Below, piece after piece: positions 61,169 to 64,000 of a DNA stretch of 64,000 nucleotides (positions are counted from its first letter, which is position 1; the number at the start of each line of letters is the position of its first letter). A program made the position numbers and the translations under genes. The notes below the pieces were generated by a model. It did not search any database. It saw only the letters and a list, made by a program, of their open reading frames with translations, and had not been told where the DNA came from. This DNA is from Asterias rubens (taxonomy: Eukaryota), in NCBI RefSeq assembly GCF_902459465.1, contig NC_047074.1, positions 12,400,001 to 12,464,000 of the forward strand. Direction: 5' to 3'.

Positions 61169-61549
61169 AGACCGTGGACACTATTGGTAATTGTCAAGGA
61201 CTAGCCTCCACAGTTGGTGTATCTTCAACATATGCATAAAATAACAAACCTGTGAAAATTTTAGCTAAATCGGTCATCGAAGTTGCGAGATAATAATGAA
61301 ACAAAAACAACCCTTGCAACACGAAGTTGTGTGCGTTTAGATGGTTGATTTCGAGACCTCAAGTTCTAAATCTGAGGTCTCGAAATCAGATTTGTGGAAA
61401 ATTACTTCTTTCTCGAAAACTATGGCACTTCAGAGGGAGCCGTTTCTCACAATGTTTTATACCATCAACCTCTCCCCATTACTCGTCACCGTGAAAGGTT
61501 TAATGCTTAAAATTATTTTGAGTAATTATACCAATAGTGTCCACTGCCT
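61169..61549 (-). mobile_element. Kolobok-like MITE family A (reverse)
   Basis: TTAA at 61165-68 and 61550-53. Confidence 0.88.
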
Positions 61550-61919
61550 TTAAACTGTACAATATTACAAGGTGATGTTTAAAGGCACTGGACACGTTTG
61601 GATAGTAGCAAAGACCAGTGGTTGGTATTTTCACTTGGTGTATCCCAACATACCAGAACAAATCAGTGAACATATTTTGGCTCAATATTCGTCGGCGAGG
61701 TTTTGCAAGTAAATAAAAGAATGAAAGAAAAAACACACTGAATGTGTGCTTTCAGATGCCTAATAAAATTGGGCTTCAGGCCTGAAGTCTCATTAATATT
61801 AAAGTGAGAAATTACCTCTCTATTTCTCTCTCTCAAAAAAACTATGTTATTTCAGAGGGAGCCGTTTCTCACAATGTTACTGCTCTCCACTGCTCTTTAC
61901 CAAGTATGTTTTTATGTAG

Positions 61920-62330
61920 GATTTGAGGCATTGCATGGTGAGGTATCAATGTATATTTGGTTTGCGGTAACACCATGTGTGTATCTACTTGCCAGGTAGA
62001 GTTGTTCTTAGGGAACTGTCTTGCTTTATTCTATAGGATCGTAATTAACTGTACTGCCGCGGAGTCAGTTCTGAAATTGGTCTCAACGTTTCGACTAGCT
62101 TGCTCTAGTCATCGTCAGGAGACTGTAAGCTAAAGTAGTAGTCCAGTCTAATTTCTATACCATCCGCCCTGGTAATAGTTAAAAAGCAGGACAGTTCTTT
62201 GTAGAACTGAGAAGTCTCCCGAACCTCCGATTATCTACTCCACGGCAGTAAAATAAAGCAAGACAATTCCCTAAGAACAACTCTACCTAGCAAGTAGATA
62301 CACACATGGTGTTACCGCAAACCAAATATA
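61920..62330. mobile_element. Penelope-like fragment with about 78-bp inverted repeats enclosing a hammerhead motif
   Basis: Inverted arms about 61953-62030 / 62252-62330; hammerhead core inside. Confidence 0.65.
62080..62123 (-). ncRNA. Minimal type I hammerhead ribozyme motif
   Basis: Minus strand GTCTC-CTGACGA-T-GACTAG-AGCAAG-CTAGTC-GAAAC-GTT-GAGAC: stem I 5 bp, stem II 6 bp, palindromic loopless stem III, NUH = GUU. Confidence 0.65.
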
Positions 62331-63520
62331 CATATGTTTTTATGCTAACGATTATTTATTTTTTATTCTTAATATATATTTATCATATTCTATTGGTTTT
62401 TAATTTTCTGCTTTTATTATTGCTTTGTGTACTATATATTATGTTAAATCTATATTAATTTTATTGTGTACCCCAGATGTGGGGCAACAGATCTACGGAT
62501 CATAGTATGTATTTGCTTTTGTTGTCCCTTGCCCATCTTGGGGTATAATGTTGTCAATGTATTTTGTTTTGTACTGTTATGGCGAATAAAATAATAATAA
62601 TAATAATAATAATAATAATTATGCATATAGGTCGGGATATACACTAAGTGAGAATAGGCCCTACTGGTCTTTGACAACAACCAAAGATGTCCATAGTGCC
62701 TTTAAGCCAGTTTTAGAACATGCAAAACAGAAGTATTTTATTACCAATCAATATAACCGATTGTGGGTAAATTTCAGCGGGACCAGCCGTCGATTTCACC
62801 AAACTCTTCCTACCTTAGGATTAATCTTAGGACTAAGGACGGGTTCAGTTCCGTATCCAAATACGTAGGACGAAATGAACCCATTCTAAGTTAGGACGGG
62901 TTACCCGTCCTAACTCGAGTTAGGATTAATCCTATAGCGTTTCGTGAAATCGGCCGCAGTACCACTATACATACTGACCAAGAGTATTTTGGTTGGCAAT
63001 CTTTTCCTTATCGATGATTTGTTAAAGATATCATAAATATGGTTGTTGTTTTCCATATCAATGCAACTACAACAGTTGTTTTTCCAGTTCATTACAATTG
63101 CCAAAGTTCATGGGCCACCGCAAAGATAAACAAGTCAAACAGTAACATAAACAAGTAATCAATACTGTGAAATGTGTTAAAAAATAATGCACACTTGACT
63201 TTTTAAAAGGGTAGGCCTAATAATTTTCGCAAAACGGTGAGCACAAAAACACACATAATCACTAAAATTAATAAAACTTTCCTTTTAAGTCCATTGGCAT
63301 TCAGGCTAACAATTACTGTTTAATATTAATTTAATACCTTTCCCCTATTGCTTATAGTGGGGCTACCTTTTCTTTTAATCAATGTGGGAATGCAAAGTTT
63401 AAACACTTTTTTTCACAGGATTTCATCAAAGGGTTATCACTGCGGTTTTATTTTATTTACATAGTAGGCCTATGATAAGTACTAACCACTTACAAGCTAT
63501 AGGCCCGTGTTTACAATTAA

Positions 63521-63899
63521 AGGCAGTGGACACTATTGGTAATTACTCAAAATAATTATTATCATAAAACCTGACTTGGTAACGAGTAATGGGGAGAGGT
63601 TGATATGTATAAAACACTGTGAGAAACGGCTCCCTCTGAAGTGACGTAGTTTTCGAGAAAGAAGTAATTTTCCACGTATTTGATTTCGAGACCTCAAGTT
63701 TAGAATTTGAGGTCTCGAAATCAACCATCTGAAAGCACACAACTTCGTGAGACAAAGGTGTTTTTTTCTTTCATAGGTATCTCGCAACTCCGACGACCAA
63801 TCGAGCTAAAATTTTCACAGGTTTGTTATTTTATGCATATGTTGAGATACACAAAGTGAGAAGACTGGTCTTTGACAATTACCAATAGTGTCCAGGGTC
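63521..63899 (+). mobile_element. Kolobok-like MITE family A
   Basis: TTAA|AGGCAGTGGACACTATTGG; family A body. Confidence 0.85.
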
Positions 63900-64000
63900 C
63901 GACAGTTTAAATATTATTTTCACAGAATTTCATCAAAGGGTTATCACTGCGGTTTTTACTATATGCCTATAATATAATAAGTATAAACCACTTACAAGCT

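Overview
Eukaryotic, intron-rich genomic DNA from an echinoderm, most likely a sea star (inferred from histone signatures: H4 Cys73, H3 KTELRF, H2B N-terminus [17 protein letters not shown]). Five spliced protein-coding genes were reconstructed by hand with phase-consistent GT-AG junctions: the 5' end of MED12 (minus, 3 exons) head-to-head with an 11-exon mitochondrial methionyl-tRNA synthetase (MARS2), a 3-exon GPR161-like GPCR, a 16-exon divergent RFX4/6/8-type transcription factor (minus) and a 7-exon CD38/BST1-family ADP-ribosyl cyclase (minus). Six replication-dependent core histone genes (H4, H3, 2x H2A, 2x H2B; no H1) each carry the stem-loop and a CAAAAAAGAGA downstream element. The two H2A/H2B pairs form an inverted duplication that appears to sit inside the last intron of GPR161 and shows a sharp gene-conversion-like boundary inside H2A. 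Non-coding DNA is dense in small mobile elements: TTAA-flanked Kolobok-like and 3-bp-TSD Harbinger-like MITEs, tRNA-derived SINEs (including a trimer flanked by one 15-bp TSD), and Penelope-like fragments with minimal hammerhead ribozyme motifs. Family assignments rest on my recall of reference sequences; no searches were run.
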